Source: Trichoplax sp. H2
Lineage: Eukaryota
Direction: 5' to 3'
Assembly (NCBI GenBank): GCA_003344405.1
Contig: NOWV01000015.1
Location: forward strand, 806,001 to 870,000
Length of the DNA stretch: 64,000 nt
Shown here: one piece after another, positions 62,185 through 64,000 of the stretch
Position numbering within the stretch: position 1 is the stretch's first letter
How the letters are laid out: each line of letters opens with the position of its first letter
Made by a program: the position numbers and the translations under genes
Notes under the pieces: generated by a model
Seen by the model: only the letters and a program-made list of their open reading frames with translations
The model's database searches: none
Told to the model about the DNA's origin: nothing

Positions 62185-64000
62185 TTATACTTGCACATAA
62201 GTCAGTTTTGGATGGCATAATCTTTCTTGCTCCAGTGGTTCATTAATGAAATCTGCCACGATTGCACCAGAATCTCTATGATCAACAGCACGAGATATCG
62301 AATAAGCATTGCCCTCATTAATTATCTTAAGTAAATCACTCGAGTAATAAGCAATAGCATCAAACTGATTCATTTTCCATATGCCGTTTGGTGCGGCAGA
62401 GTTGTGCCTACATCGTTCCTGGAAAGGAATAGGTAAATAAAATGATTTTCTCCTTATGGATCTTTTTCTAACATTATCCAATAAATCGTCTGGTAATTGT
62501 AATTTGATATCATAATGTAAAACTATTGATTCAAGGTCAACGATACGTGATATAACACCTTCTAATCCAGCTAATAAGGTATAATTGCAATAAGGACTAA
62601 GTTGGATGATCTCATGTCGGATGAATAAGCTTCGTTTTAGAATCTCTTTAATCGCTGGATGGATTATTTTGCAATCAATTATGTACAATTTAAAGAAACT
62701 ATCACGGCTGCTGTTGTAATATTGATTTAGTCGATGGATAAAGTTGGTAAATAACAAATTAAAAGTCGGACCATAATGTCGATGGTCAAGCATTAAGACT
62801 ATATTAACATTAGTTGTTGGATCCCATTGTAGATCACTCAATTGACATAATGTTTGTAAATGCGAAGAGTAAAATAAGTACTCAGAGACTCGCCAAATTC
62901 GTTGATTTACTTTCGATTGGATGACTAAGTCAACCAAGTAACGTTTCCCTCTTTGTTGATCAATTTTTTCTTCTATCCCGACAATTTTGAGCAACTTATA
63001 TTGATGCTCTGCTTCATGTTGATTCAATTTATACATAAACTGATTGGCAATTTGATGAGCTAATCCTGGATCGAGTAATCGATTACAATGAATAATATGG
63101 TCGCCATATTGAGTCATGACAGTAAATTTTCCATAAATGCTGTACGGCACTTTAAGTAGAAATTGCATTAGTTGACGATATCGACCGCGAAATCTTTTGC
63201 TAGCGATGACATAGCTAGGATTGCCATAAGTTGACGCAGGTAATGCACCAGTAAGAAAATGTCGTGGCAAAAATGGCAAGGTATGATATCGACTTGAATA
63301 GTTGGCAGGATCGTTATTGCTTGCAAAATCAATCGATTTCTGCTTAGCTGGTTCTTGTTTCTGTGGTAAATATTTCGAGGAAGATTTATCTATCGTAGAC
63401 GGTAAAAGGTAATTGTTTGGATCTGGCATAGAGATAGAATTTCCCTGGATAGGTAGGTAACTACTCTCAGTTTTATTACGAAATTGATATTTCCAACGGA
63501 GTTGAATTAATCCTTCAGGTGCAATCATGGTATATAAGACTTGAATATAATATTTACCAGGTGCAGTTAGCTTCATTTTTTGAGATTCTATCGATGGATA
63601 ATGATTAATAGAGTGTTTTTCCTGTTGCTTAGCTGATTCTTTCGATTGATCATGGTATAGAATTCTAGCTGCATTGGAAGGATTTTTGTTTGTGCTAATC
63701 CATAATTCTGCTTTGCCATCGGTTGTCAGTGAAAAAGTATAATCACTAGTCACAGGTGGATGAATAAATCCAATAATCTTCTGACCATAGCTAGTTCCCA
63801 CCCCTTGCCATTGAAATTGTTGGATAGAGAAACAAGTGGTAGGATGTAATGGAAAAGAATGTAATTGACGTAAATCGCTGATATTATTAACGCAATTACT
63901 ATTAAATTCATAATTCCATTGGTGAACACACAAATGGCCTATGCTAGCTCCGGTCAAGTTTCTCCGCTTACATTGGATGCCTACGATGTATTTTAGAATG
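62185..64000 (-). CDS. Second intronless B4GALNT3/4-like PA14-domain glycosyltransferase paralog (5' end beyond window)
   Basis: Frame open to the window edge; DLRQLHSFPLHP..YGQKIIGFIHPPVTSDYTFSLTTDGKAELWIS; IEEKIDQQRGKRYLVDL; DNVRKRSI..FYLPI..GIW; colinear with the 48501-50378 protein. Confidence 0.85.
   Translation of the reverse strand, partial: ILKYIVGIQCKRRNLTGASIGHLCVHQWNYEFNSNCVNNISDLRQLHSFPLHPTTCFSIQQFQWQGVGTSYGQKIIGFIHPPVTSDYTFSLTTDGKAELWISTNKNPSNAARILYHDQSKESAKQQEKHSINHYPSIESQKMKLTAPGKYYIQVLYTMIAPEGLIQLRWKYQFRNKTESSYLPIQGNSISMPDPNNYLLPSTIDKSSSKYLPQKQEPAKQKSIDFASNNDPANYSSRYHTLPFLPRHFLTGALPASTYGNPSYVIASKRFRGRYRQLMQFLLKVPYSIYGKFTVMTQYGDHIIHCNRLLDPGLAHQIANQFMYKLNQHEAEHQYKLLKIVGIEEKIDQQRGKRYLVDLVIQSKVNQRIWRVSEYLFYSSHLQTLCQLSDLQWDPTTNVNIVLMLDHRHYGPTFNLLFTNFIHRLNQYYNSSRDSFFKLYIIDCKIIHPAIKEILKRSLFIRHEIIQLSPYCNYTLLAGLEGVISRIVDLESIVLHYDIKLQLPDDLLDNVRKRSIRRKSFYLPIPFQERCRHNSAAPNGIWKMNQFDAIAYYSSDLLKIINEGNAYSISRAVDHRDSGAIVADFINEPLEQERLCHPKLTYVQV

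Overview
Eukaryotic, AT-rich, compact animal genomic DNA with many short (~60-150 nt) GT-AG introns. The style suggests an early-branching animal such as a placozoan, which is an inference I cannot verify here. The first ~50 kb hold a block of mostly housekeeping genes in strictly alternating orientation: SUCLG1(+), SLU7(-), BORCS7(+; five small exons, missed by the ORF track), WDR11(-), SPC24-like(+), PLPBP(-), a divergent GOST/GPR107-like 7TM gene(+), non-muscle myosin regulatory light chain(-), pantothenate kinase(+) and an intronless PA14-domain B4GALNT3/4-like gene(-). Every head-to-head promoter interval carries a dense island of self-complementary CAGTA/TACTG (GTAC) repeats, some with nested inverted repeats and shared non-repeat motifs. 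This is the most striking unexplained pattern. The last ~13 kb are different: a possible decayed membrane-protein gene, three abutting degenerate tandem arrays (~6 kb) and a second, 5'-truncated B4GALNT-like paralog. Both B4GALNT-like genes have eroded catalytic motifs. I recognised no tRNA, rRNA, CRISPR array or transposase. All exon models were built by eye.
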